Source: a virus
Length of the DNA stretch: 64,000 nucleotides
IMG/VR virus record: IMGVR_UViG_3300005805_000055
Location: 1 to 64,000 of that record
Reading direction: 5' to 3' (one strand)
Numbering within the stretch: the first letter of the stretch is position 1; each line of letters begins with the position of its first letter. Under the pieces are notes generated by a model, which saw only the letters and a list, made by a program, of their open reading frames with translations, made no database searches and had not been told where the DNA came from. This document shows, in pieces, positions 18,156 through 28,500 of the stretch. The position numbers and the translations under genes are program-made.

Positions 18156-20618
18156 TCAGTCTCCAAGTTGCCAGGTGTTATCCCCGCCACTATCAGATGG
18201 AGCAATGATGGAGATTTGGCGCTTGGGTTTTGTTGCTCTGTCACGATTCTTATTGGGCACAACAGTCCCATCTGATGACATTTGGGTTCTACGTCTATTT
18301 TGCGGTGTAGCCCTATCGCGATTTTTATTAGGAACTACGTCTCCACTTGAAGTTGTTGTTGGTTTTGGGCTAGCGGTCGGTACCTTAGACCTACGCCTTT
18401 CTTCAACATCGGCAGAACCACTAGCAATAGATGAACTCTGTGGTGGTGTGGCCCTATCGCGATTCTTGTCTGGAATAACAGTACCATCAGACGTTGTACG
18501 TGGTCTGGCATTGCTGTTTGGTGTAGCCCTATCACGATTCTTATCTGGAACAACGGTTCCATCAGCGGTCATCCGTGGTTCTTGTGGTTTATTCTCACGA
18601 CGATTTCTGTAGAAATCACTCATTCGCTTGTCATCTTCTCGAACCATATCTGCTGGAATGTAGTCACCAGTTGCTGAGATCTTTCCTCCACCTGGAAGAC
18701 GTCCTGGATTCCAGTTCGTGTCCTCGCCAGTCTCGAGATTTTCCTCAGCTTCAGCCATGAGGTTGCCAAATCTGCGTCCATCAAATCCACGACGCGTAAG
18801 GTCTTCGCGTATTGCTCCTCTTTCGCGAGTATCTGCAGAGCCAGAATCGGTCATCCATCGCTTGGGTTGTCCTTCTGCTCTTCTTTCTTGCATATCGGCG
18901 GAGCCATCGCGACCCACACGACCCTGTGGTAAGGATCTTCTGTCACGATTCTTGTCTGGTCGAATATCTCCTTCTGCGGTTTCGTTTTGTGCTCGATCAG
19001 CAGCACCCGAACGAGTTCCTTGAGTATTTGTTCTTCTGTCCCTATTCTTATTCGGAATAACATCACCTTCGCGCGTAATTCTGGTACGACGTGCACGTTC
19101 ACGTGCTTCGCGACGGCGGCGATAATAGTCGCTCATGCGCTTATCATCCTCGCGAACCATGTCGGGTGGTATGTATGTGCCATCAGCTGCAATCTTTCCG
19201 CCATTAGGCAACCGCCCTGGATTCCAGTTTGTTTTATCTCCTGGCTTCAAATTGGCGATTTGATCTCGCATGAGGCGACCAAATGCATTCCAGTCAATTC
19301 CAGAATCATCGAGAGTATTGCGGATAGCGTTCCGTTCTCTCGCATCAGCTGAACCCACATCGGTACTGCGACGTTTCTTTTTATCTTTGTCTTGTGTTGG
19401 CCGAGCGTAATCGGTGCCCTCTTGGATGGTTCCATCGCCATCCCTGTCCACTGCATTGGGGTCATAGTTTGATTGTGTCGATGTTGACCCACCACCACTA
19501 TTTGGTTCCTGTTGTTGTTGTGGTCTACTGCCAATTGTTCCAGCAGAACCAGCAACTGGCTTACCAAGTTGCTTAACCATGTGTTCGCCTGCGCTTAAAA
19601 GATCTTTCTTCTTCTCCGCATTCTTTAGGCGACGATACTTATCCAAGAGACGGCGACCCTTAATGCCAAGCTTCAGGGCGGCTGCACGTGTTTGAGGAAC
19701 TGGCTCGCCCCATGCTGCAGCTGATAATGCTAGACGTGTTGGTCTCCCCTTTTCGTCCTGCATTGGTCCTCTTGGATTAGAGAAGAACCTGACGAGGAAA
19801 GATCCCTTGCGACGCATTTTCTCAGGAGTATCGGCTGGACCCTTCACTCCAGGTTTAAGATTAGATCCTTCAGTTCTGGCAAAATATTTACGACCAGCTG
19901 CTGTTAATCCGCCCTTGGGATCACGCAGGATTGGCTTCTTCGCTGCCTTCTCTTCGATTGCGTTGCTGTCCTTGCGACCACGACGACGCTTCTTTCCTGT
20001 TAGTGACCTACGGAGATACGCTCCGGCAGTATCAAAGAGCCACTTTGCCTCATTGATTGTTTCATCGGAGTCGTCAGGGAACATGATGTCGAATTCTTCA
20101 TTACTTAGTGAATTAATGAACTCAGAAGCATCCATTTCTTTTTGGTCAATATCGAGGAAAGGATACGTCTTTTCTTCTTTTTCCTCAGTAATTGGACCGC
20201 CAACAATCCATGCATCACATGTTCTTGACGCAGCGCATTTGAAGTCAAATGCCTCGCAGTAACCAAGATCTCCAGCCTCAATAACATCCCACGCAGAGTT
20301 TCCTTCTTCGTTTCCGAGGCCATCCTCGATGCATTCCATAATGCGTGGAGTTTTAATGAATGCAGCGCAATTACCACAAAGCTGTTTCTTCGACTCGCCT
20401 ATGGTGACTTTCCAGCGGTCAGATTTTGCTTTCCAAAACGTTTCATTAGCCATCTTTGGATTGAGTGGGCCGTATCCAGCTGTATCAATACAATTCTGAC
20501 GATTCTTGAGATTCTCTGCTATGTCACGAGTTGCGAGTGGGCATCGTCCACCCTCAGCCTTGATATCTACATCGGGGTTCTCAAGAACACGTATTTCCTT
20601 GATACTGAAGATATCCAT
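18156..20618 (-). CDS. Multidomain head-associated protein: Cys-rich domain, DUF6321-like domain, DxDGDG motif, R/D-rich repeats
   Basis: CGNC...GYC...FKC...TCDAW; PKGGLTAAGRKYF...SFL.RF...PTRLALS; YDPNAVDRDGDGTIQEGT; repeated PxKNRDR. Confidence 0.7.
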   Translation of the reverse strand: MDIFSIKEIRVLENPDVDIKAEGGRCPLATRDIAENLKNRQNCIDTAGYGPLNPKMANETFWKAKSDRWKVTIGESKKQLCGNCAAFIKTPRIMECIEDGLGNEEGNSAWDVIEAGDLGYCEAFDFKCAASRTCDAWIVGGPITEEKEEKTYPFLDIDQKEMDASEFINSLSNEEFDIMFPDDSDETINEAKWLFDTAGAYLRRSLTGKKRRRGRKDSNAIEEKAAKKPILRDPKGGLTAAGRKYFARTEGSNLKPGVKGPADTPEKMRRKGSFLVRFFSNPRGPMQDEKGRPTRLALSAAAWGEPVPQTRAAALKLGIKGRRLLDKYRRLKNAEKKKDLLSAGEHMVKQLGKPVAGSAGTIGSRPQQQQEPNSGGGSTSTQSNYDPNAVDRDGDGTIQEGTDYARPTQDKDKKKRRSTDVGSADARERNAIRNTLDDSGIDWNAFGRLMRDQIANLKPGDKTNWNPGRLPNGGKIAADGTYIPPDMVREDDKRMSDYYRRRREARERARRTRITREGDVIPNKNRDRRTNTQGTRSGAADRAQNETAEGDIRPDKNRDRRSLPQGRVGRDGSADMQERRAEGQPKRWMTDSGSADTRERGAIREDLTRRGFDGRRFGNLMAEAEENLETGEDTNWNPGRLPGGGKISATGDYIPADMVREDDKRMSDFYRNRRENKPQEPRMTADGTVVPDKNRDRATPNSNARPRTTSDGTVIPDKNRDRATPPQSSSIASGSADVEERRRSKVPTASPKPTTTSSGDVVPNKNRDRATPQNRRRTQMSSDGTVVPNKNRDRATKPKRQISIIAPSDSGGDNTWQLGD

Positions 20619-20809
20619 TATCCCTCGCTGTCATAAAATTTGCCAGGCCTGCGTTTTTTCTTTTTCACAGGGACATTGTCAATAATGATTTCTTCAAGCT
20701 CATCAGCAGAGCCCCTAAAGTTTCTGGTTATTTTTTCCAGTTCACCAAGATCGAAATCATCATCATCGTCTGGGTATTGTTTTCTAGCCATACCTATTCC
20801 ATTGTACAA
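20618..20809 (-). CDS. Hypothetical small protein
   Basis: 63-aa ORF whose stop overlaps the next start (TAATG). Confidence 0.55.
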   Translation of the reverse strand: MYNGIGMARKQYPDDDDDFDLGELEKITRNFRGSADELEEIIIDNVPVKKKKRRPGKFYDSEG

Positions 20810-20812
20810 ATG

Positions 20813-20858
20813 AAAAGGCCCCTCCGTTGAACAGCCTTAGCCATTCTTCAGAGGGGCC
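20813..20858 (-). terminator. Intrinsic terminator after the capsid gene
   Basis: GGCCCCTC...GAGGGGCC stem followed by TTTT on the minus strand. Confidence 0.6.
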
Positions 20859-20897
20859 ATTTCACATTACGTGTACCTCTGTTTCGACGACTCCCTA

Positions 20898-22211
20898 TCA
20901 GGCGGGAGCGCCGTCGAAGTCCACCTTCACGAACGCCTCGGGGCGCTTCACGGCGAGAGCGAGACGCTGTTCGGCCAACACCACGATGGCGTTACGGACG
21001 AAGAAGTCGCTGTGCTGCTCGCTGATGCGGATCGAAGCCTGCTCGCGGTCGTACAACTGAGCGCCAGTTCCGAATGCGCCGACAAGAGCGGTTCCTTCGG
21101 GGATGGCGGGGGTCTCAACGACGGGGATGCGCCACAACCTGGGCTCGCCACCGAGAGCTACAGACACTGCAACGAGGTACTGACCGTTGGTGTCCTTGGC
21201 AAGCTCAATGTCTTCCCAATCGTTGGGGTGCATTACGACGCCGGTTGGCTCGTAGTAGGCAAGGAAGGCCAAGGTAGCGGCGCGACGGATCGCGTCAGCC
21301 TTGGTGTCCGCCACTGGTTCGGTAGCGCCATCGGACCAGGCATATTCCTGGATGCCGGTGGTGCTGAGTACGCCAGTGAGGTTCTCGCCAGTGCCATCGC
21401 CGCTCAGAATCTGAGCGTCTTCCTGGAGGCGCAGACCGTACATCAACTCGTTGTCGATGATGCTACGGAGCTGTGGCTCGTCGGCCAACACATTGCGGTG
21501 TGCAGCTTCCCAGTGGGCGATGGTGCGCACTGGAGCCTGCTCACCAACGAAGGTGAAGGATGACTGTGGCTTGACACCGAAGTTGGTGTTGTCGTTGTTG
21601 CGGTCAGCAACGGCGCCAGCAGCGTTGGTGAATCCGGTCATACGGAAGTACTCAATCACAGCAGCGCTTGTGGTGCGTACTGGGAAGAGGTCACGAACAC
21701 GCTTGGTGCGCATTGGGGGAACAACGATGGGGTCACGCTGGATGGTGCCGAACGAACCGGGGGTTCCGGTGGGGAGGGCAGAGTAAACGTCCTTGACGTT
21801 GTAGGCGCCAGCGGTAAGGGTCTTGGCGGTGATGAATGGAGCAGGCATGTTTGCACCATTGCGGCCACCGTTCAGGCTCTTGAACTCGGTGGAGTTGATG
21901 AACTCATCACCGATTGACTTGAAGCTTGTAGCCTGTGCAAAGTTTGCACCAGCAGCTGCAGCGGCTGCAACTGAGTGACCTGCAGGCTCGCCGCCCCAGC
22001 TCTCGACTTCGCGAAGACCTTCGATGCCCTCGATGAGGCCCTTGATCTCCTTGATGTCGCGCATATTCTTATCGAATGCTGACTTCTGGTCGGTGCTGAC
22101 TACTACGGTGCCGTTCTCTACCCTAAAGGAGTCGGCAATGGCCTTGTTATCGGCCATCTTTTGACGAAGTGCGCTTTGCAGTTCGTTCAGGCGGGAAGTG
22201 TCTTCTGACAT
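20898..22211 (-). CDS. Major capsid protein, HK97 fold
   Basis: N-terminal coiled-coil delta domain; KPQS...VRTIAHW...LAD.PQL.SII...ED.QIL.GDG; VMHPNDW..I...KD.NGQY; LWRIPVV; F.RN...LAEQRLALAVKRPEAF; GAGG RBS. Confidence 0.95.
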   Translation of the reverse strand: MSEDTSRLNELQSALRQKMADNKAIADSFRVENGTVVVSTDQKSAFDKNMRDIKEIKGLIEGIEGLREVESWGGEPAGHSVAAAAAAGANFAQATSFKSIGDEFINSTEFKSLNGGRNGANMPAPFITAKTLTAGAYNVKDVYSALPTGTPGSFGTIQRDPIVVPPMRTKRVRDLFPVRTTSAAVIEYFRMTGFTNAAGAVADRNNDNTNFGVKPQSSFTFVGEQAPVRTIAHWEAAHRNVLADEPQLRSIIDNELMYGLRLQEDAQILSGDGTGENLTGVLSTTGIQEYAWSDGATEPVADTKADAIRRAATLAFLAYYEPTGVVMHPNDWEDIELAKDTNGQYLVAVSVALGGEPRLWRIPVVETPAIPEGTALVGAFGTGAQLYDREQASIRISEQHSDFFVRNAIVVLAEQRLALAVKRPEAFVKVDFDGAPA

Positions 22212-22550
22212 TTTTTACCTCGTTTGAGTTGGTTGGATTGGTTGGATTTGTTTTGCGGCTTAGGTCAGCACCCAGTCCTGATTAATAACATACAGCAATA
22301 GACTGGTTGTTTACTGCAACAATTACTACTTTTGTCTAATTTTCAAATATTTCTTTCATTATTGTAGACATCTCAATCGATGGTTCTTGTGGCACGGAAA
22401 ATACATAATACGACCTATTGACATCCGAGTCGCCAGCGATAGTTCGTCGTTCTCCAAATCGTGCATTGTTCTTGGGCGTTGATGAAGGCGTAAGGTTGCT
22501 GACCATCACTAAGTTTGATTGTAATGTATTGACCTTTTTTTTGGATATTT

Positions 22551-23630
22551 TCATTTCGATGCACCAAACATGCTCATGTACGAATCACGCCCCCTAATGG
22601 TTGGCTTGTCCTGCAGATCACCAATAGTGGATTCTTCTGGTTTGTTATTCCTGATAGCGCGTGCATCTATGTAGCGTTTCTTGCTGGGAGGAGTGTCCGT
22701 GTCGTCTTCAATTTCCATAAATGTCGTCGACATATTGCCGACATCCCCATCCTTTAATATGGACATATAACGTTCCGCTGCTTGCGGATCACCAAATTTT
22801 CCTAAATGCCAATTTGAGGTGAGGTATTTTTCGATAGCTTGGCTATCGCTAAGCAATTCACCAGTTTCGGTAATTGTTGGTATCACGACATTCATTTCAT
22901 TATGCTCAAACATTATTGGCTTGACAATTGCCGTTGAATTATCAGGAAGCTTTACTGGTTGAAGTGATGAAATCAAAATCGTTGGTTTTTCAAACGATAG
23001 TCGCATTTCATTATTGACATCCATGGCCGTCTTGGTTGATGGCGATGAATACAATGCACTTTTTCTCTTTCTAATTTTTTTGGATGCGGCTTCAGCCCGT
23101 TCCGTATTTGGAACAAACTGCTTGCCAACCTTATCTCCTGCAAGTTTTTTAGCAATAGTTGCGCGACGTTGTGCTGGGGTCAGCCTCTGCCATGCCTTGG
23201 CTGGCAAATATCTGCTCATCTTCCCCCTACGCAGTGCTGGTTTTCCGTCTACAGTGGTCCAGCGCTCCTTTGTCCATTTTTTCAATGATTGTTGAGACTT
23301 TCCTGGCTTTCCCCTATAACCACCACCGGCCTTTCTATAGGCAAGTGCAAGTAATTGCGCTTTTCGTGCCGACCACTGACCAGGGCGCCCCCCTTTGCTC
23401 CCCGACATAATCTGCTTTTTAAGCCTCTCACGCAGCTCTGGCTTCGTATATTTGAGACTCTTGAGATGATTCCTTGATGGCAAATTTTCAAGAAAGTCTT
23501 TTGTTGACTTCTCAACCCATTCTGGTGTTTTCCCATATGTAGGACGACGTTCTGGAACAATGATCGCAGAACGCCTGATGGGTGTGCGTCTATCATTATC
23601 CCCAGCGGAATCGTCTCCTGCATTCGACAT
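22551..23630 (-). CDS. DUF5872-like basic protein
   Basis: YTKPELRERLK...GGRPGQWSARKAQLL...Y...GGGY...SLKKWTKERW...RYLPAKAW...GKQFV. Confidence 0.7.
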   Translation of the reverse strand: MSNAGDDSAGDNDRRTPIRRSAIIVPERRPTYGKTPEWVEKSTKDFLENLPSRNHLKSLKYTKPELRERLKKQIMSGSKGGRPGQWSARKAQLLALAYRKAGGGYRGKPGKSQQSLKKWTKERWTTVDGKPALRRGKMSRYLPAKAWQRLTPAQRRATIAKKLAGDKVGKQFVPNTERAEAASKKIRKRKSALYSSPSTKTAMDVNNEMRLSFEKPTILISSLQPVKLPDNSTAIVKPIMFEHNEMNVVIPTITETGELLSDSQAIEKYLTSNWHLGKFGDPQAAERYMSILKDGDVGNMSTTFMEIEDDTDTPPSKKRYIDARAIRNNKPEESTIGDLQDKPTIRGRDSYMSMFGASK

Positions 23631-23634
23631 GAAA

Positions 23635-23988
23635 TTACTTCTTTTTTACTATCCCATTGGGAATGACGGCGAAACGACATTTGCCTTCAGCCTCAACTGG
23701 GAGTGCAATGATCTTGCATGATGATCCACCCTCCCACAGAACACAGTTTGAGCATTTAACGCCAATATCCTTTTTGTTATTTTCTGCTGCTGGTTTATAG
23801 CCAGCCCAAACGCCATCACCATCTTGGTCAAATTTTCCAAATTTTTGGGTATTTTCAACAAGATAATTAGCAAGTTCGCGTTCCTGTGCATCCAAAACTG
23901 GAACACTTTCAGTTGGCGCAGCAACAATAATCAGTGAAGCATCACCTGCAATTAGTTTCATAAATGGGGTGGTTTTTTCTTCCATCAT
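23635..23988 (-). CDS. Small Cys-rich protein (CxxC...C...C)
   Basis: GVKCSNCVLW...CKII..PV..EGKCRFAVIP. Confidence 0.65.
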   Translation of the reverse strand: MMEEKTTPFMKLIAGDASLIIVAAPTESVPVLDAQERELANYLVENTQKFGKFDQDGDGVWAGYKPAAENNKKDIGVKCSNCVLWEGGSSCKIIALPVEAEGKCRFAVIPNGIVKKK

Positions 23989-24145
23989 TCACCAGACTCT
24001 TTCCGTATCGACTGGATTTTGTTAATTATTTTACGAATTTTACCACCTTGATTTACGGACTCAGCCATATTTATCAAAGCATACTCAGCGGCAGTAATAC
24101 GCTGTTCACTAGTGTACCTGCCAGTTTTTGGATTTGGCACTTGTC

Positions 24146-25042
24146 TCATGATTTTCCTTTTTTGGTTATGAAATTTGAGTCACAGGAAGAACATAGTGTT
24201 CCAGATGATTTGATGTATTTTTTACTTTTTCTCACTCCGTCGCCCCAAATGCACTTCTCCTTGCCTGCAGATTTTACTTTCTCCTGAAGTGATTCTATGT
24301 AATCTGCCGTATCGGGGTAAAAGAATCTTATCTGTTCGAGTTCATCTGGTCGAGCAAAGCAACCACATAGGCATTCGCCACTGATATGGAGATTTGCCGA
24401 GACCGGATTTACTGGCAGGCCATATTTCTCTCGATACCTTGCCATATTTTCATTGCTCCAGTGAGCCAATGGTGCCACCCACACGGCGCTCCCATTTTTC
24501 ATAATGTCGTCTGTTGTTTTTGCTCGTCGTGATGATTCGGAATATCTAACCCCCGAAAAAAACTGGACAATATCTGTACGGGGTCTGAGAACATGCTCTT
24601 TTTGTACTTGCCGTAATGCCCGTTCTTTTAATCTGTTGTACATTAGATAGTGCATATTGGGTCCTGGGAAACCCATTTCCAAGATAAGCTCTTCGTATGT
24701 AGAACCTGATGGTGGGCACTTTTCTATCAGATTCTTATTATGCTTACTGCATAGGTCTCTAACAAATTGTCTAGTAGCTTCAATGCCTATTCCGGTATTT
24801 ATGTGTACGACATCATCTACCCGATCCTTGACAACAAAAAATAATGTAGTGCTGTCATTGCCTCCGGACAATAAGCAGAATCGTTTAACCGTCTGCGGGT
24901 AGAGGGATGAGGACAAATCAATGATCTTATTTGTGATTTCGATACATTCATCTAGCGAAAGTGAATCTATCTCGCCTGGCTGAACAAAAACAAATTTTTT
25001 CCTCTGCTTCTCAGCTTCCCTATCGCGAACTCGTTCCGTCAC
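24146..25042 (-). CDS. PAPS-reductase-family (PP-loop) protein
   Basis: SGGNDS, HINTG, LKER, GVR.SES.RR, SGECLCG. Confidence 0.85.
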   Translation of the reverse strand: MTERVRDREAEKQRKKFVFVQPGEIDSLSLDECIEITNKIIDLSSSLYPQTVKRFCLLSGGNDSTTLFFVVKDRVDDVVHINTGIGIEATRQFVRDLCSKHNKNLIEKCPPSGSTYEELILEMGFPGPNMHYLMYNRLKERALRQVQKEHVLRPRTDIVQFFSGVRYSESSRRAKTTDDIMKNGSAVWVAPLAHWSNENMARYREKYGLPVNPVSANLHISGECLCGCFARPDELEQIRFFYPDTADYIESLQEKVKSAGKEKCIWGDGVRKSKKYIKSSGTLCSSCDSNFITKKGKS

Positions 25043-25317
25043 TATTCGGTATCCATTTCCTTCTCGGCTTCATCAACGACGCCATCCACCATTCCGTCAC
25101 TAGCATCGTTCTTTCGAACTGGCGACCAGTCGTCCATGGCCAAATCTAATAGTTCTAGTTTTTCGCTAAGAATCTTTAGCTCATCTGGCGAAAATCCAGG
25201 AATACTGACAGATGGATTAACCCGAGCCTGTTCCCCAGTGGTTCTCTTCTGTTCGGGATCAATTACCCTCTTTCGCCTTTTGGTACCACGAGTACGTTGG
25301 TTCTCATTCATTTTCAA
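25042..25317 (-). CDS. Hypothetical protein
   Basis: Overlaps both neighbours in the operon. Confidence 0.6.
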   Translation of the reverse strand: MKMNENQRTRGTKRRKRVIDPEQKRTTGEQARVNPSVSIPGFSPDELKILSEKLELLDLAMDDWSPVRKNDASDGMVDGVVDEAEKEMDTE

Positions 25318-25508
25318 TCATCCTCACTCGGTAGATCGTTGTCGTTCGACGCATTGACTTCATCATTTTCGTATTCATCAGTCCATGGAATGCCATGCTT
25401 TTCAAAGAGTTGCCGAGTCGTCAACCCCCCACTTGGGTTGATATTTCCAGATATTCCGGTTACTGTGCGTCGCTTAATTTGATCTTTCATTGCTTCCTCA
25501 TCACTCAA
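25314..25508 (-). CDS. Hypothetical small acidic protein
   Basis: 4-bp overlap with the stop of the 1163-aa ORF. Confidence 0.55.
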   Translation of the reverse strand: MSDEEAMKDQIKRRTVTGISGNINPSGGLTTRQLFEKHGIPWTDEYENDEVNASNDNDLPSEDD

Positions 25509-28500
25509 TTAAGGCTAAACCACTTCTCGACTTTATCCCACTCAGTTGGCGGAACCTTGTTTTCTGTTTTCCATGTCGTTCTGCCGACTTCCCACAAAAA
25601 TGCCTGAAGTCCGGCAGGTGTAATTTTTCCTAAATCTGGGAAATCACCACCAAACTCATCCGCTAGTTCCCTGATAACTTGGGCGAAAATTGGATATACG
25701 CCGACACTCTTTATACCCTGAATGTCTCCAGACTGGAATAGTGATTGTGCAGAAAAATCGTCTTTCAGATCAGTTTCCAACTGGCGAAGCGTTCCAGTGT
25801 ATGTCTTTCCCTTTATGTTCACAGAAAATATTTTATCCTCTGGAATCATCGCACGATACATCCATGTATCGATTGTGACATTTTGACCAGCGGGATTTAC
25901 AAAGTTCAAATAAAAGCTACGAACTTTCATCCCACGCAATATATTGTCAATACTATCCACCCTATTGGCAATCATCATTGCCTTAATTACGTTTGTTATA
26001 CCCGCAGGACCTTTACTAGCAAAAAGAACTGGATGTATTCTAGCAAGAGCGGCATGTGCTATTCCAAGTGAATCATCACCAAAATCCTTAACAAATCTAT
26101 CGATAAATGACGAAGGGGTGAAATCCATATTTGCTTTGTTGCGTATCCAGGACATCACATCCTTGGGCAAGCCCTTAATGCCACCACTAGGGATTGTGAT
26201 TTGGAATGATTCGTCGCGAGCAAGAACTGAGGCAATAACATTTACCCTTTTTACGTTGCTCGCCACCCTTTCCATTGGAGACAGTGCTGCCATCATTGCA
26301 AATATTTCTTCCTTTGCGAACTTTCGTCTCCCTCGCATCGATTCGAGTTCATTCAATTCCTTGGTTAGGGAAATTAGGCCTTTCCGAACACGGGGATACC
26401 ATCGCAAGGCATCCTTCATGTCTCTCTTGAATTTTTTCTGACCAGATTTACTCAACTGGTCCAGTAGTACTTGGCGCGCATATGCCTTCAGTCCATCATA
26501 ATCAAGACCAAGTTTGTTCAATTTTTCCAACATTTTGCGCCTGGCCTCAATGTCTTTTTTATCACTACTATTTAATTCTATAAATAAAGAGTCATCGAGG
26601 AATCGTTCATTTATTGAGTATCGTGTTGATGATTTCGAACCAGATGGCGATACTCGTTCGCCAAATGAAATGGCATCTCCAAAATCACTAAATTGATATG
26701 CGGCAATAACGGTGCTCTGTGCTGATATTCCAACATTTTTCGATGCATTATTTTTGTAATTAGATACAACCAATGGTGCTGGCTCTATTTCGAACAAGTA
26801 TTTTCCAGCAACCTGAATGTCTGACTGCAATTCGCCCAAATCACTAACATCTGAATCACTAATAACATTTGGACCCAATAAAACTGCTGGCGAAAGTGAG
26901 TCATTGTGAATTATCGATGAACTGGGGGTAATTTTTCCATCTGTAGAAAAATAGAAAAATGGATTATTGTCGTTTTTTGTTTCGTCGATAGTCTTTAGTG
27001 TTGCGATAGTAATGCCATTTTGTTCTTTGATTGATGATATTGCAAATCTTCCACGAATTACTGCTTCCTTTGGTCCAGCCAGCCATTGCTCCATGTCAGT
27101 TGCGCTGTCATCGTAAATTACACCCCTGGCATTTTTGGGAATCGCAAAAACGATTCTTTTTGTAGGCGAATTTAATCGTTGATTGCCCAACATGCCAGAT
27201 GCCCTATCAGCATTATCTAGTGCATCCCCAATGGAGAAAGATACTGGTGCAGCGCGTAGCACAACGCTCTGACCTGCTTTTAATCTTTTTGCTGGCTCAA
27301 ATGATTCCCAGTAATCAAAGGACCTAAACATCGTAGATACATCTATACTCGGAGCAATATCGAGAATTTTGTCAAGAGCGTTCAACGGCTTTTCGTAGTC
27401 GTCCATTTCCTGATCGGTACCAAGTTTTGTTAGGTCGCCCATCATCCATCTAACAGCACGTCCGTTTAGTGATGGGTACTTTCTTAGGAACTTCATTGCC
27501 TCAAGTGACATATTAAATGTCTGCTGGTCGATGAATGGCACTGGCGACATTCTCTGGGGGCCAATAATTGGGGAAGAAGTCATCCATTTTCCGTGTTTAA
27601 GCGTCGGAAATTCTGGTGTGGAGATATTGATTCGTGGTGGTATAAAGTGTGGTTTTGTAGTTGACTTACTGCCCGATGGATTTTTTAGATTTGATATCCC
27701 AAAAGAGAAAAGAAGATCACGGAAAAATTTATCTCTTGATGGGAAAAGGTCTCCAAATGTATAGGTTCCATTATCGCCGGTTTTACGTCGACCAAGTATT
27801 CCCATCATCTCCGAAAGCATAAATAACCCAAATGACTCTGCAAAATCTTCCTGCATTCCGATTATTTGATTACCTATACTGTCTGCGTAGTCGGTTACTC
27901 GCGTTGATTCCGGGGTTACTGTATTGAGTAGATATTGATCAATATCCGAACTATTTATCCTCCTGGCCTGATTACGCAAAAAGTCATCCATTGTGGCCTT
28001 TCTGTATGAATCAGAAAGACTAAATCGCGTAGGTATTTTATCTTGACCGAGGAGTGATCTCCATTGTTCATAACTAGACTCGTAACCGCTTGGTATTACA
28101 TCAACTAGGTGGCCGATTTCATGACCTAGAACATGGAGCCGTGTGTGTATTTTTGCGGCGTCGGGATTGTTCCAAAATGCGATACTTCGGGCAAGGGATA
28201 TAGCCGTAGCTGCGGTATTTTCGTCATTTTCATGAAGGTCATCAATAAATGAAATAGCCAAAGGAATTGAATGTCTCGGAAAGTTAAGAGACATTACCTG
28301 TTGTACCAAATCGGCAAAACTTGTTTTATATCCTGGCATTGCGGTATGGTCAAATGCCATTCTTGAATCGACCGTATCGAGTTTCCGTTCAGAGATGCCG
28401 CGAGCTTTTTCAATAAGAGATTTTCTTTTTTTACCTACAGCCAATACTGATTGCGCTAGGTCGTTTGGTATGTGTGTGATAAATACTGACGCAGATTCAC

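Noticed and set aside
20871-21786. Antisense ORFs opposite the capsid (230 aa, 111 aa) and many Ser/Ile-rich antisense ORFs opposite the giant genes
   Set aside because: Shadow frames of strongly supported genes with no recognisable motifs.
22336-22554. 72-aa ORF upstream of the capsid gene
   Set aside because: It has an ATGA overlap but no recognisable features; not enough support to call.
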